Below, piece after piece: positions 54,438 to 64,000 of a stretch of 64,000 bases of DNA. The notes beneath the pieces were generated by a model. That model was given only the letters and a program-made list of their open reading frames with translations, ran no database searches and had not been told where the DNA came from. Position 1 is the first letter of the stretch. Each line of letters starts with the position of its first letter. Source of the stretch: Bacteroidia bacterium (GTDB lineage: Bacteria > Bacteroidota > Bacteroidia > AKYH767-A > JBBKVM01); assembly GCA_037969175.1 (NCBI GenBank), contig JBBKWX010000055.1:65758-129757 (forward strand), read 5' to 3'. The position numbers and the translations under genes were made by a program.

Positions 54438-56564
54438 ATGCAAAAGAATATCTTCATTTTTTGCCTGTCAATGATAGTAGTGCCGGTCTTATCCTTTTCG
54501 CAGATAAGGATCAATGAGATAATGGCAGTGCCCTATTCCATGTATAGTGACACTTCCAAAGACATTGGTCAAGAGTGGATTGAGTTAATAAATTCAGAAA
54601 GTGATACTGTAGATATTGGCATTTTTCATCTCAGTGATGACATAAAAAAGCCGGATAAATACAGCTTTCCTTTAAATACAAAGCTGGCCGGGGGTGCTTG
54701 TTTTGTTGTTTATACCGAAGATCTTTTTAAATATACAGGCAGAGGATTCAAATTAAATTCGCGCGGAGAGGTATTATTTTTATTCAACCGAAATAAGGAA
54801 TTGATTGATTCTCTAATTTATCCCAAGCAATATCCGGGTATAAGTTATGGATATCGTGGGGCAGGAGGAGAGGCCGGATATTTCCGAGCGATGAGTCCGG
54901 GTAAAGCAAATGATGGGGATGTTTTTCATTCCTTTTCTGAACCACCTATTGTTGAACCGGCCGGAGGCTTTTACAACTCCGGCAAACAAATTTCAATTTC
55001 ATCAGGACAAAAAGGGATCATCAGATATACACTGGATGGCAGTATTCCGAATGAAAACAGTAAAATATATTCCAAACCTCTAAAGGCCGACAGTCTTCTT
55101 ATGTTAAGGGCAAGGGTGTTTGACAAAGATAATCTGCCAAGTAAGGTCATTACACATACTTACTTTATAAATGTTAGTCATCAGCTCCCAGTATTTTCAC
55201 TTGTAACCGATCCGGATAATTTATTTGATGATAAAATTGGAATTTATGTTGATGGGACCAATGGAGTTGCCGGTAACTGCAATACCACACCGAAAAATTT
55301 TAATCAGAGTTGGAAACGGCCTTTGAATATTGAATTTTTTGATTCGTCCATAAATGTTATCAATCAGGAAGCTGAAGTAAGGATATTTGGAAATTGTAGC
55401 AGACGTTGGCCACAAAAATCACTACTTATCTCAGCAAAAGAGAAATATGGTAAGGACAAATTTAAGCATAGATTCTTTCACGATAAAGAGATCAATAAAT
55501 TCAAATCGATAATGCTTAGAAATTCAGGAACGGATTGGAATAAGACACTAATGAAAGATGCATTCGTGCAGAGCATTACCAGAGACAGAATGGATCTTGA
55601 TCAACAAGCTTACAGAGCCAGCGTTGTTTACATTAATGGGAAGTACTGGGGTATTTATAATATCCGGGAAATGATGGATGATCATTACATCAAAGCAAAT
55701 CACAAAATAGATCTTGATGATATTGATATGATCGAAAATATCACGCTGTTGAAGTATGGAAAACGGGATGATTTTACTTTTCTCATGGATACACTATCCA
55801 AAATTGGATTTGAAAAAGATAACTGTTTAATGATCATGAATAAATATATTGATATGGATAATTTCATGGATTATCATATCGCTCAATTATATTCTGCAAA
55901 TACAGACTGGCCCAATAATAATATTCGGTATTGGAAAGCCAGAAATGATACTTCAAAATGGAGATATATGCTCTATGATACGGATATGGCTTTCGGTTCT
56001 ATGGCATATACGCTAAACCCATATATAAAGCTTAGAACCGAAAAACATAGAGGAATGAATTTCTTTGTAGAATTACAAAAAAATCCTGCTTTTTGTTATG
56101 AGTTTAGCCAGCGATTTGCAGTGCAGATCTATACTACATATGATCCCGATCGGTTGAGCGTAATTCTTGACAGCATAGTCAAAATAATAGAACCTGAAGT
56201 TGATAATCATTTTGAAAGATGGGGTGGCAAAATGACGGATTGGCAAAAACATTTAAGTGTCATTCTTGATTTTGGCAAAAACAGACCGGAATACATGATA
56301 GGTTTTCTTCAGAATGAGAATAAGCTTCTTGCACCGGTACAAGTTACGATGAGCACAGAGAACGGAAAAATTCTTTTGGCAGGTGTGGAAGTTGGAAATA
56401 TTTTTAAAGGAAAATTATTTCCGGGTTTGGTCAGGATCCAGGCAATACCGGATAAGGGTTACAGCTTTAGCCACTGGGAGGGCGGAAGCGTTGATAAAGA
56501 CATGCTCAGCATTCCGGAAGCAAAGGTTCTGGATCTTAAACCTGTTTTTAAAAGAACTAATTAA
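54438..56564 (+). CDS. Secreted CotH-family (atypical protein kinase-like) protein with an N-terminal lamin-tail domain and a chitobiase/Fn3-like domain
   Basis: A signal peptide is present. 'IRINEIMA...' is the LTD. 'IIRYTLDGSIPNENSKIYSKPL' is the beta-hexosaminidase-C-like domain. The central ~350-aa region ('RNSGTDWNKTLMKDAF...YINGKYWGIYNIRE...') is CotH-like. The call is from memory of family features. Confidence 0.55.
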   Translation: MQKNIFIFCLSMIVVPVLSFSQIRINEIMAVPYSMYSDTSKDIGQEWIELINSESDTVDIGIFHLSDDIKKPDKYSFPLNTKLAGGACFVVYTEDLFKYTGRGFKLNSRGEVLFLFNRNKELIDSLIYPKQYPGISYGYRGAGGEAGYFRAMSPGKANDGDVFHSFSEPPIVEPAGGFYNSGKQISISSGQKGIIRYTLDGSIPNENSKIYSKPLKADSLLMLRARVFDKDNLPSKVITHTYFINVSHQLPVFSLVTDPDNLFDDKIGIYVDGTNGVAGNCNTTPKNFNQSWKRPLNIEFFDSSINVINQEAEVRIFGNCSRRWPQKSLLISAKEKYGKDKFKHRFFHDKEINKFKSIMLRNSGTDWNKTLMKDAFVQSITRDRMDLDQQAYRASVVYINGKYWGIYNIREMMDDHYIKANHKIDLDDIDMIENITLLKYGKRDDFTFLMDTLSKIGFEKDNCLMIMNKYIDMDNFMDYHIAQLYSANTDWPNNNIRYWKARNDTSKWRYMLYDTDMAFGSMAYTLNPYIKLRTEKHRGMNFFVELQKNPAFCYEFSQRFAVQIYTTYDPDRLSVILDSIVKIIEPEVDNHFERWGGKMTDWQKHLSVILDFGKNRPEYMIGFLQNENKLLAPVQVTMSTENGKILLAGVEVGNIFKGKLFPGLVRIQAIPDKGYSFSHWEGGSVDKDMLSIPEAKVLDLKPVFKRTN

Positions 56565-56601
56565 TTTTTTAACATGAAATGGATATTTAACTTTGCGACC
56601 T

Positions 56602-57837
56602 ATGGCACGAAAAGATACTTCATTTCCCAGAGAAAAGGTCACTGTATTATTGCTTGAGGGGATAAATGATTCAGCGATCGGAGAGTTCAGATCTGCGGGA
56701 TATCACAGCGTTGAAGTACTGTCTACGGCACTTGATGAAAAGGAATTGATCAAAAAGATCAAAGGGGTGCATATACTTGGTATCCGGTCGAAGACCAAAG
56801 TGACAAAGAATGTGCTTGATGCGGCTGATAAATTACTTGCCATCGGTTGTTATTGCATTGGCACAAATCAGGTTGATCTGGAAGCGGCAACTTCAGCCGG
56901 AGTTGCAGTTTTTAATTCTCCTTTTTCTAACACGCGCTCTGTTGCCGAGCTTGTTATTTCACATTGCATAAGTTTGATGCGGAGAATTCCGGAAAAAAGT
57001 CAGGCAGCACATGCAGGTGCCTGGATGAAAGATCACAGAGGATGTTATGAAGTAAGAGGCAAGACACTGGGTATAATCGGATATGGTCATATTGGTTCGC
57101 AAGTCAGTGTTCTAGCTGAAAACATGGGGATGAATGTGATCTTTTATGATGTGGAATCAAAATTAACTTTGGGTAATGCAAATCCTATAAAGAGTTTAGA
57201 AACTCTTTTGAAGCAAAGTGATATAGTAAGCTTGCATGTGCCGGGTACAGAATCAACTCGTAATTTGATGAATTCAAAACGGATCTCTCAAATGAAAACA
57301 GGAGCTGTTTTGATCAATCTTAGTAGAGGTGATGTATTGGACAATGATGCATTAGCAGAAGCAATAAAGAAAGGAAAAATTAGTGGAGCTGCTGTAGATG
57401 TTTTTCCGAATGAGCCTGCCTCAAGGAATGCAAATTTTAACAATCCCTTACAAGGCTTGGCAAATATTATTCTTACACCTCATATAGGAGGTTCCACAGA
57501 AGAAGCTCAGATAAGTATTGGAATTGACGCTGCCAGAAAATCTATCGGATTTATTGAAACCGGTAGCTGTAGCGGTTCCCATAGTATTCCTGACCTTTCA
57601 CTTCCAATTCAAAGTGATGCTCACAGACTTTTACATATACATAAAAATCAGCCCGGTGTATTGGGTGAGATCAACAGCATTCTTTCAGCAATGAAGGTGA
57701 ATATTCTGGGACAATATTTAAAAACCAATGAACATATTGGTTATGTAGTTCTTGATATTGATAAGAAAACTTCAGGGAAAGCTTTGGAAGCACTTAGAAA
57801 AGTAAAACATACAATCAGAGTAAGGAGTTTATATTAA
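56602..57837 (+). CDS. serA: D-3-phosphoglycerate dehydrogenase with a C-terminal ACT domain
   Basis: The NAD-binding motif is 'GIIGYGHIGSQV'. The catalytic 'SRGDVLD...TPHIGGST' is present. The ACT domain is 'HKNQPGVLGEINSIL'. The ORF-track start at 56593 is TTG, so the ATG at 56602 was chosen. The -7 box 'TAACTTTG' lies at 56588-95. Confidence 0.9.
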   Translation: MARKDTSFPREKVTVLLLEGINDSAIGEFRSAGYHSVEVLSTALDEKELIKKIKGVHILGIRSKTKVTKNVLDAADKLLAIGCYCIGTNQVDLEAATSAGVAVFNSPFSNTRSVAELVISHCISLMRRIPEKSQAAHAGAWMKDHRGCYEVRGKTLGIIGYGHIGSQVSVLAENMGMNVIFYDVESKLTLGNANPIKSLETLLKQSDIVSLHVPGTESTRNLMNSKRISQMKTGAVLINLSRGDVLDNDALAEAIKKGKISGAAVDVFPNEPASRNANFNNPLQGLANIILTPHIGGSTEEAQISIGIDAARKSIGFIETGSCSGSHSIPDLSLPIQSDAHRLLHIHKNQPGVLGEINSILSAMKVNILGQYLKTNEHIGYVVLDIDKKTSGKALEALRKVKHTIRVRSLY

Positions 57838-58325
57838 TGGCCGAAAAAATAATTATAAGAGAGGGAGTAAAAGAAGATCTGCCAGCGGTACTTGAATTGA
57901 TCAATGAACTTGCGGTTTACGAAAAAGCCGCTGAAGAAGTGATCAACACAGTTGAACAAATGGAGATCGACGGTTTTGGTCCAAACAAGATCTTTTATTT
58001 TCTGGTAGCAGAAATCGAAAATGAAATTGTTGGTATTGCACTTTATTATTTCAAATACTCTACCTGGAAAGGTAAATGTATTTATCTGGATGATATAATC
58101 GTAACCGAATCTCAGCGCCGGAAAGGTCTGGGATCTTTACTACTTGATGAACTTATCGTGGTTGCTGAAAAAACCAATGCCATGAAACTGGAGTGGCAAG
58201 TGCTTGATTGGAATGTCAGCGCAATAGATTTTTATAAAAAGTATGATGTGCTTTTGGATTCCGGATGGATCAATTGTATGTTGAAAAGAGATATGATAAC
58301 CAAGCTTGCAAATAGACAGAAATAG
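57837..58325 (+). CDS. GNAT-family N-acetyltransferase
   Basis: The acetyl-CoA motif is 'ESQRRKGLGSLLL'. The protein is 162 aa. Its start overlaps the serA stop and its stop abuts the lysC start. Confidence 0.75.
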   Translation: MAEKIIIREGVKEDLPAVLELINELAVYEKAAEEVINTVEQMEIDGFGPNKIFYFLVAEIENEIVGIALYYFKYSTWKGKCIYLDDIIVTESQRRKGLGSLLLDELIVVAEKTNAMKLEWQVLDWNVSAIDFYKKYDVLLDSGWINCMLKRDMITKLANRQK

Positions 58326-59603
58326 ATGAAGGTTTTTAAGTTTGGCGGGGCATCTGTAAAGGATGCTGATTCTATAAGGAATGTTAAAAAGGTGATTGAT
58401 CTGTACAAGGATGACGATCTGGTGATCATCATATCAGCTATGGATAAGACGACCAATGCACTTGAGGAAGTGGTGTCAGCTTACTTCAGATCAAGAGAAG
58501 CGGCACTTGAGAAACTTCAGAAAGTAAAGGATTTTCATTCTCATATTTTAAAAGGCCTTTTTTCTGATGGTAATGTTAAGCTCGAAGATGATCTGAGCAA
58601 TATTTTTCTGGAAATCGAATGGATCATAGAAGAAGAAGCAGAGCGTGAATACGGTTTTGTTTATGATCAGATCGTTTCCCAGGGAGAGTTTCTGTCAACT
58701 CGAATCATAAGTGCATGGTTGAATTCAGTGGGAGTGAAAAATGTGTGGACTGATGTAAGAGATTATATTCAAACAGATAATACTTATCGGGAAGGCCAGG
58801 TTGATTGGAATACAACAACAGAATTGATCAGGAAATACGTATTTGAATTATTACGATTGAATCAATATGTGATCACCCAAGGATTTGTGGGTGGTACTTC
58901 GGAAAATTTCAATACTACACTTGGCAGGGAAGGCTCTGATTATACAGCGGCTATTTTTGGACATGTGATGGATGCACAGGAAGTATGTATTTGGAAAGAT
59001 GTACCGGGAGTGCTGAATGCGGATCCAAAATATTTTCCGGATTCTGTTTTGTTTGACAAACTAAGCTATCATGAATCTATAGAGCTGGCTTATTACGGTG
59101 CTTCTGTGATCCATCCCAAGACATTGAAACCCTTGGAGAACAAGAATATTCCACTGTATGTAAGGTCATTTAAAAACCCGGAAAACCCGGGGACTTTGAT
59201 TGCAGGTGAAGAACAAATATTGCCTTTGATTCCTTCTTATATTTTCAAGAGTGATCAGACGTTATTTTCAATTTCCGCCAATGATTTTTCATTCATAGTG
59301 GAAGAACATTTAAGCCGGATCTTTTCAATTTTTGCGAGACATCATGTTAGAATCAATCTGATGCAAAATTCTGCATTGAGTTTTTCAGCTTGTGTTGATC
59401 ATGACCCATTCCGAATTCCACCCTTGATCACAAATCTGCAAAAAGAATTCAAAGTCCTTTATAATACAGATCTTGACTTGTACACGGTGCGTCATTATGA
59501 TCAGAAGATCATTGATAAAATAAGTCAGGGGAGAGAAGTGTTGCTTGAACAAAGAAGCAGAACTACAGCTCAATTATTATTCAGAGCAGTTCCGAAAAGT
59601 TAA
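58326..59603 (+). CDS. lysC: Aspartate kinase
   Basis: 'KFGGASVKDADSIRNV' is the amino-acid-kinase N-terminus. ACT-like C-terminal domains are present. The protein is 425 aa. Confidence 0.9.
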   Translation: MKVFKFGGASVKDADSIRNVKKVIDLYKDDDLVIIISAMDKTTNALEEVVSAYFRSREAALEKLQKVKDFHSHILKGLFSDGNVKLEDDLSNIFLEIEWIIEEEAEREYGFVYDQIVSQGEFLSTRIISAWLNSVGVKNVWTDVRDYIQTDNTYREGQVDWNTTTELIRKYVFELLRLNQYVITQGFVGGTSENFNTTLGREGSDYTAAIFGHVMDAQEVCIWKDVPGVLNADPKYFPDSVLFDKLSYHESIELAYYGASVIHPKTLKPLENKNIPLYVRSFKNPENPGTLIAGEEQILPLIPSYIFKSDQTLFSISANDFSFIVEEHLSRIFSIFARHHVRINLMQNSALSFSACVDHDPFRIPPLITNLQKEFKVLYNTDLDLYTVRHYDQKIIDKISQGREVLLEQRSRTTAQLLFRAVPKS

Positions 59604-60553
59604 TATTTGGAATTAATTTTTGCTGCAAGTGTTTGTGCAATTTTTCTGTCAGACTCATAGGTCCATCCTGCAATGTGCGGACTAAGAACAACCCTGTCAG
59701 ATCTTAATAGGTATTGAAGAGGGGTGGGCATTTCAGCATGCTCACCCTCACCATAAAAAGTCTCGAATGAGCCGGTCTCATATTCGAGAACATCCAGACA
59801 GCAACCTTTGATCTTTCCTCCAATTATTCCTTGAACCAGATCATCTGTCTTTACAACTTTCCCTCTCGAAGTGTTTATCAAATAGAATTCATTTTTGAAT
59901 TTATTGATGAACGCTTCATCAAACATATAGTGCGTCTCTTCTGTCAAGGGTACATGCAAACTGATAACATCACATACGGAAAATATTTTTTCAAGAGAAC
60001 ATTCTTCTACAAAATCAGATCCGAATCCTGTTTTGTATTTATCGTAAGCAAGTATCCTACATCCAAAACCGCTTAACTTTTTGGCGAAGGAAGAACCCAT
60101 ATTTCCGAAGCCGATAATACCAATAGTACGTTCGCTTAATTCGATACCCCTGTTAGGTTCACGGATCCATTTACCGATTCGCACCTGTTCATTTACCCGA
60201 TGTAAATTATTTAATAGCATCAGGATCATTCCAATTGCATGTTCAGCAACCGCATCTCTGCTACCTTCCGGAGCCGTGATCACTTCTATTCCTTTTTTTT
60301 CGCAGAGGTCAAGATCTATATGCTCAACACCCACACCATTTCTTGCAATAAATTTCAGATTTCCTGTTTCAGCCAGGATTTCATTATCGATCTTAAATCT
60401 GCTTTTTATAAGGATTCCATCAAACTGAGAAATAACATCTGAACATTGTAAAGGCGTTAATTTCAAGCCATCTGTAATTGTCCAGCCTGCTGCTTCAAGA
60501 ACATTCTTAAAGGCAGGATGAACAGGATCCAACTGAAGGATTTTTTTACTCAT
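59600..60553 (-). CDS. NAD-dependent D-isomer-specific 2-hydroxyacid dehydrogenase
   Basis: The Rossmann motif is 'IGIIGFGNMGSSFA'. The catalytic 'TSRGKVV...HIAGWT' is present. The protein is 317 aa with no ACT domain, so it is not serA. Confidence 0.8.
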   Translation of the reverse strand: MSKKILQLDPVHPAFKNVLEAAGWTITDGLKLTPLQCSDVISQFDGILIKSRFKIDNEILAETGNLKFIARNGVGVEHIDLDLCEKKGIEVITAPEGSRDAVAEHAIGMILMLLNNLHRVNEQVRIGKWIREPNRGIELSERTIGIIGFGNMGSSFAKKLSGFGCRILAYDKYKTGFGSDFVEECSLEKIFSVCDVISLHVPLTEETHYMFDEAFINKFKNEFYLINTSRGKVVKTDDLVQGIIGGKIKGCCLDVLEYETGSFETFYGEGEHAEMPTPLQYLLRSDRVVLSPHIAGWTYESDRKIAQTLAAKINSKY

Positions 60554-61938
60554 ACCATCAACCCTCTCAAGAATAAAATGGCGATGGAGAAATAGATCAC
60601 CAGTCCGGTTACGTCAACAACTGTACTTACAAATGGCGCACTTGATACAGCCGGATCAAGACCAAGTCTTTTTAAGATCAAAGGGAGGATCGATCCCATA
60701 ATTGATCCCCACATAACAGTCCCTATCAAACTAAAACTAACGGTAAGACCTATGGATACCCAATTATCACTAGAGGTGGCTTCAGTATAAGCCCACAAAA
60801 ACACTCTTAGGAATCCCAGGATTCCCAGAATAAGACCCAGTAAAAAACCGGTCAGGATCTCTTTTTTTACAATTTGCCACCAATCTTCAATGGTTATTTC
60901 ATTCAATGCCAGTGCCCGGATAATTAGGGTGCTTGCCTGAGATCCGCTGTTACCGCCACTCGCGATGATCAATGGGATAAATAATGTGAGTGCTACTACG
61001 GATGCGATCTCGTGTTGAAAATAACTCATCGCTGTAGCAGTAAGACTACCTCCAAGTAATAAAACCATCAACCATCCGGCTCTTTTTTTCAGCATCTCAA
61101 CAAGCGAAATGCTCATGTATGGTTCTTCTAAAGCTTCCATACCACCCATCTTTTGCAAATCTTCCGTTTCCTCTTCACGGATGATATCGATTGCATCATC
61201 ATGGGTGATGATACCGATCAATTGATCCTCCGGATTTACAACGGGTATTGCAATAAGGTCATACTTACTGATCTTTTCGGCAACCGTTTCCTGGTCATCA
61301 AGTGCTTCTACGGAAACTATTTCTTCATGATAGATCTGATCTATGATCTCTTCAGGTTCTGCCAAGATCAAATCCTTCAGGGAAATAAATCCCATCAGCT
61401 TTCTATCTTCATCAACCACATAGATATAGTAGATCGTTTCTTTCTTAGGAGCATCTCGTCTTACCTGATCCATTGCCTCACTTACGGTCATGTTAATGGT
61501 GACCGAAGCAAACTCCGAACTCATGATACCACCTGCAGAATCTTCGGGATATGAACTTAGATGCAGTACATTTTCCCGTACTACTTTATTCAAATAGGGA
61601 AGAAGACGTAATTGCTCGTCCTGCTCCATTTGTTGATACAGATCGGCTCTGTCATCACTTTGAATAAATACAAAAAGACGGGCAATTTCTTTTGGGGAAA
61701 GAAATGAAAGGATCTCTATTTGATGATCCGGTTCATGCGAAGCCAGAATATAACCCTGATTTTCCGGAGTAAATAATTTGAATAGACGTAATTCAGTTTC
61801 TTCCTTTAGTTCAGATAAAAATTCTGAAACTTCTACGGTTGGCATTTCCGAAAGTAAAGCCACTACATCTTCGTCCTTGCCTTGAAGCAGGAGGTCATGA
61901 ATCTCTTGTAGTGTATCTATGCTTTGAGCCTGTTCCAT
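60550..61938 (-). CDS. mgtE: Magnesium transporter MgtE
   Basis: The MgtE_N region is present. A CBS pair is present. The C-terminal 5-helix MgtE domain has 'PLIIASGGNSGSQAS'. A 4-nt overlap with the upstream gene is present. Confidence 0.9.
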   Translation of the reverse strand: MEQAQSIDTLQEIHDLLLQGKDEDVVALLSEMPTVEVSEFLSELKEETELRLFKLFTPENQGYILASHEPDHQIEILSFLSPKEIARLFVFIQSDDRADLYQQMEQDEQLRLLPYLNKVVRENVLHLSSYPEDSAGGIMSSEFASVTINMTVSEAMDQVRRDAPKKETIYYIYVVDEDRKLMGFISLKDLILAEPEEIIDQIYHEEIVSVEALDDQETVAEKISKYDLIAIPVVNPEDQLIGIITHDDAIDIIREEETEDLQKMGGMEALEEPYMSISLVEMLKKRAGWLMVLLLGGSLTATAMSYFQHEIASVVALTLFIPLIIASGGNSGSQASTLIIRALALNEITIEDWWQIVKKEILTGFLLGLILGILGFLRVFLWAYTEATSSDNWVSIGLTVSFSLIGTVMWGSIMGSILPLILKRLGLDPAVSSAPFVSTVVDVTGLVIYFSIAILFLRGLMV

Positions 61939-62030
61939 AAAAGGAGCTTATTGTGGGAAGACAGGGGTAAAATTGATGTCGACAAAATTAGTTTTTTTTG
62001 TCTTAACTCGAGTAAGGTACACTCTTTTTT

Positions 62031-62825
62031 TTACTTCCTTCCAGCTATAATGGCTCGTGTCAATTCCTGGAAATCCTGAGGACTGAGCTGTTCAGCTCTT
62101 TTGTCCATGAATGGTAAATCTAAATCAACAGGAAGTAATGACTTCAGTGCATTTCTCAGCGTTTTCCTTCTTTGATTAAACCCGGTCTTGATAACGGTCT
62201 TGTAGAATTTTTCATCCAGATCTTTTGGATCTTCAGCTTTTCGCTTAAATCTCAAAACCCCTGAACGAACTTTTGGACGAGGAGCAAAATCATCTTGCTC
62301 AAGTATCATCAGATATTCGATATCATACCAGGTTTGCATCAGTACGCTGAGTATTCCATAGTCTTTGTTGCCCGGTCCGCTGTGGATCCTGTCAGACACT
62401 TCTTTTTGGAACATCCCTGTTACCATATATACATGGTCTCTTTCGTCCAATACACGAAACATGATCTGTGAAGAAATGTTATAAGGGAAATTACCAATTA
62501 TAGCATATTGATCCGGAAAATATTGTCTTAGATTAATTCTGAGAAAATCACCTTCAATGATTCGTAATGTAAGTTCAGGAAGATGCGTGTTTAAATATTC
62601 TATCGACTCTCTGTCGATTTCTACAACATGCAAATCTGCTCCATGTTTCTTTAGAAGCGTTGAAGTAAGCACACCCATTCCCGGACCCACTTCAAGAACT
62701 TTACAACCTGCTTTCAACTCAAGTGAAGAGGCGATTTGATCAGCTGCTTCAAGATTGATTAGAAAATGCTGCCCAAGATGTTTCTTTGCTTGTACTTTTC
62801 CGGGATGATTTTTTTTAAAACTCAT
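62031..62825 (-). CDS. rsmA: 16S rRNA (adenine1518/1519-N6)-dimethyltransferase
   Basis: 'LGQHFLIN' and 'VLEVGPGMGVLT' form the SAM motif. 'GNFPYNISS' is present. The protein is 264 aa. Confidence 0.9.
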   Translation of the reverse strand: MSFKKNHPGKVQAKKHLGQHFLINLEAADQIASSLELKAGCKVLEVGPGMGVLTSTLLKKHGADLHVVEIDRESIEYLNTHLPELTLRIIEGDFLRINLRQYFPDQYAIIGNFPYNISSQIMFRVLDERDHVYMVTGMFQKEVSDRIHSGPGNKDYGILSVLMQTWYDIEYLMILEQDDFAPRPKVRSGVLRFKRKAEDPKDLDEKFYKTVIKTGFNQRRKTLRNALKSLLPVDLDLPFMDKRAEQLSPQDFQELTRAIIAGRK

Positions 62826-63127
62826 TCAACTATTTCAAGCAACGTACGAAACGCAACAAATTTATTTGCGAATTTTTCATTGTGCTCAGCTTGTAATGCC
62901 GGAGCAAAAAGTTTTTGATATTGGTGCAAATGATCAATGCTTAAACAGCTGTATTGAATAGAGTAAGTATGTCCTTCACCAATGTCATCATTCAAAACAC
63001 GCAACATTCTCGATTCTGAAAACATGCCCGTATTCATCACATCTTTGATATGCGTATGCCTCATCCATTCAAGCCATGCATCATGCGCATCATCATTAAT
63101 ATTTACTGTTACATTATATATTATCAC
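62822..63127 (-). CDS. Small conserved protein, possibly DUF4286 family, co-transcribed with rsmA
   Basis: It is 101 aa with a GTG start and a 4-nt overlap with rsmA. The family call is a recollection, not a verified match. Confidence 0.45.
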   Translation of the reverse strand: MIIYNVTVNINDDAHDAWLEWMRHTHIKDVMNTGMFSESRMLRVLNDDIGEGHTYSIQYSCLSIDHLHQYQKLFAPALQAEHNEKFANKFVAFRTLLEIVE

Positions 63128-63138
63128 GTTCTTATTTA

Positions 63139-64000
63139 TTAATTTACGATGTCTCCACGCATAACCCGGAATCTTTTTCTTGCTTCAATAACAAATAAAC
63201 TACCCGGATATTTCTCAAGCATTAATCCATACAAACGCATGGCTTCCGCCTTATTCTTTAATTGAAATTCCTGAAGTTCGGCTAAAGAAAACAAGGCATC
63301 ATCAGCAAGAATATCTTTTCCATGTTGTTCAAAAACTTTTTGATACAAGGAAGCCGATTCTTCAAATCTTCCCATCTTTTTCAATAATTGGGCTTTTTTG
63401 AATAGTACTTCATCTTCAAGGCTATGACCGGGAAATAAAGTTAAAATAGAATCAAGCGTTGCTAAGCTTTGCGTCTCTCTATTCTGGAATGCATAGAGAT
63501 CAGCTCGAGAATAAAATTCCATCGCCAGGGTGGAGGTATCCAATGCTGTGTTATCAGATATCAAAAGCGACAAAGCAAGCGCATCATTTGCAATTAATTG
63601 GGAAGTTGCACTTTTCAAAACATCCAGTTGTGCGCGAGCCCAATCGAATTCTCCTCTGAAATAAGACAATCTTGCATTTCGTAGTTTAGCTTCCTGGCCA
63701 AGAGCATCTGTACGATAAGCCTTATCCACTTGCCCATATAATAAAGCAGATTCCCATACATCACCTTGCAACACCAACATATCTCCAAGATCCAGTTTAG
63801 CTTCGGCTTGCAGCTGAGGTCTGACACCCGGCATTTCAATTACTTCTTGTAATAGTTTTATTCCTTGTTCCGTATTTTTTAAATGAAATGCTTCAAACTC
63901 TGCAAGACTTTTTAATAATGGAGCTGTGATAGTATTTCTTCCAAGCTCATCCAAAGTAGTATAATATTCACTCTTTAATTTTTGAAGTTCAGCCGGAGAA
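63139..64000 (-). CDS. Tetratricopeptide-repeat protein, 5'-truncated by the window edge
   Basis: TPR-like repeats include 'AMRLYGLMLEKYPGS' and 'AEAKLDLGDMLVLQGD'. The reading frame stays open upstream of the annotated TTG at 63954 as far as position 64000, so the gene extends beyond the window. Confidence 0.55.
   Translation of the reverse strand, partial: SPAELQKLKSEYYTTLDELGRNTITAPLLKSLAEFEAFHLKNTEQGIKLLQEVIEMPGVRPQLQAEAKLDLGDMLVLQGDVWESALLYGQVDKAYRTDALGQEAKLRNARLSYFRGEFDWARAQLDVLKSATSQLIANDALALSLLISDNTALDTSTLAMEFYSRADLYAFQNRETQSLATLDSILTLFPGHSLEDEVLFKKAQLLKKMGRFEESASLYQKVFEQHGKDILADDALFSLAELQEFQLKNKAEAMRLYGLMLEKYPGSLFVIEARKRFRVMRGDIVN

Overview
This is a low-GC Bacteroidetes chromosomal window. 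The promoters have the TAnnTTTG -7 box and two proteins carry the T9SS type-B 'gliding motility' C-terminal domain. About 45 genes are dense and mostly in operons. The housekeeping core includes tsaB, gpmI, coaX, an lptC-like gene, a CorC/GldE-like hemolysin-family gene and a PpiD/SurA-like PPIase. It also includes purH-mreBCD-mrdA-rodA, mfd, fbp, serA-GNAT-lysC, mgtE and rsmA, plus a tRNA-Phe(GAA). Three giant secreted beta-repeat proteins of 1529, 1752 and 1707 aa sit between these genes. A five-gene minus-strand operon at 7631..11667 is the most unusual feature. It encodes a Tat-exported DUF1501 sulfatase-like enzyme, and all four other genes are small lipoproteins. One lipoprotein carries a planctomycete-cytochrome-like (PSCyt1) module with an atypical C-x4-CH motif. 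Two others carry reiterated DUF1549-like motifs. This looks like a fragmented Bacteroidetes version of the PSCyt/DUF1549/DUF1553-DUF1501 gene pair known mainly from Planctomycetes and Verrucomicrobia, whose function is still unknown. No CRISPR array, transposase or integrase was seen. All family assignments were made by eye from remembered consensus motifs and need HMM or BLAST confirmation.
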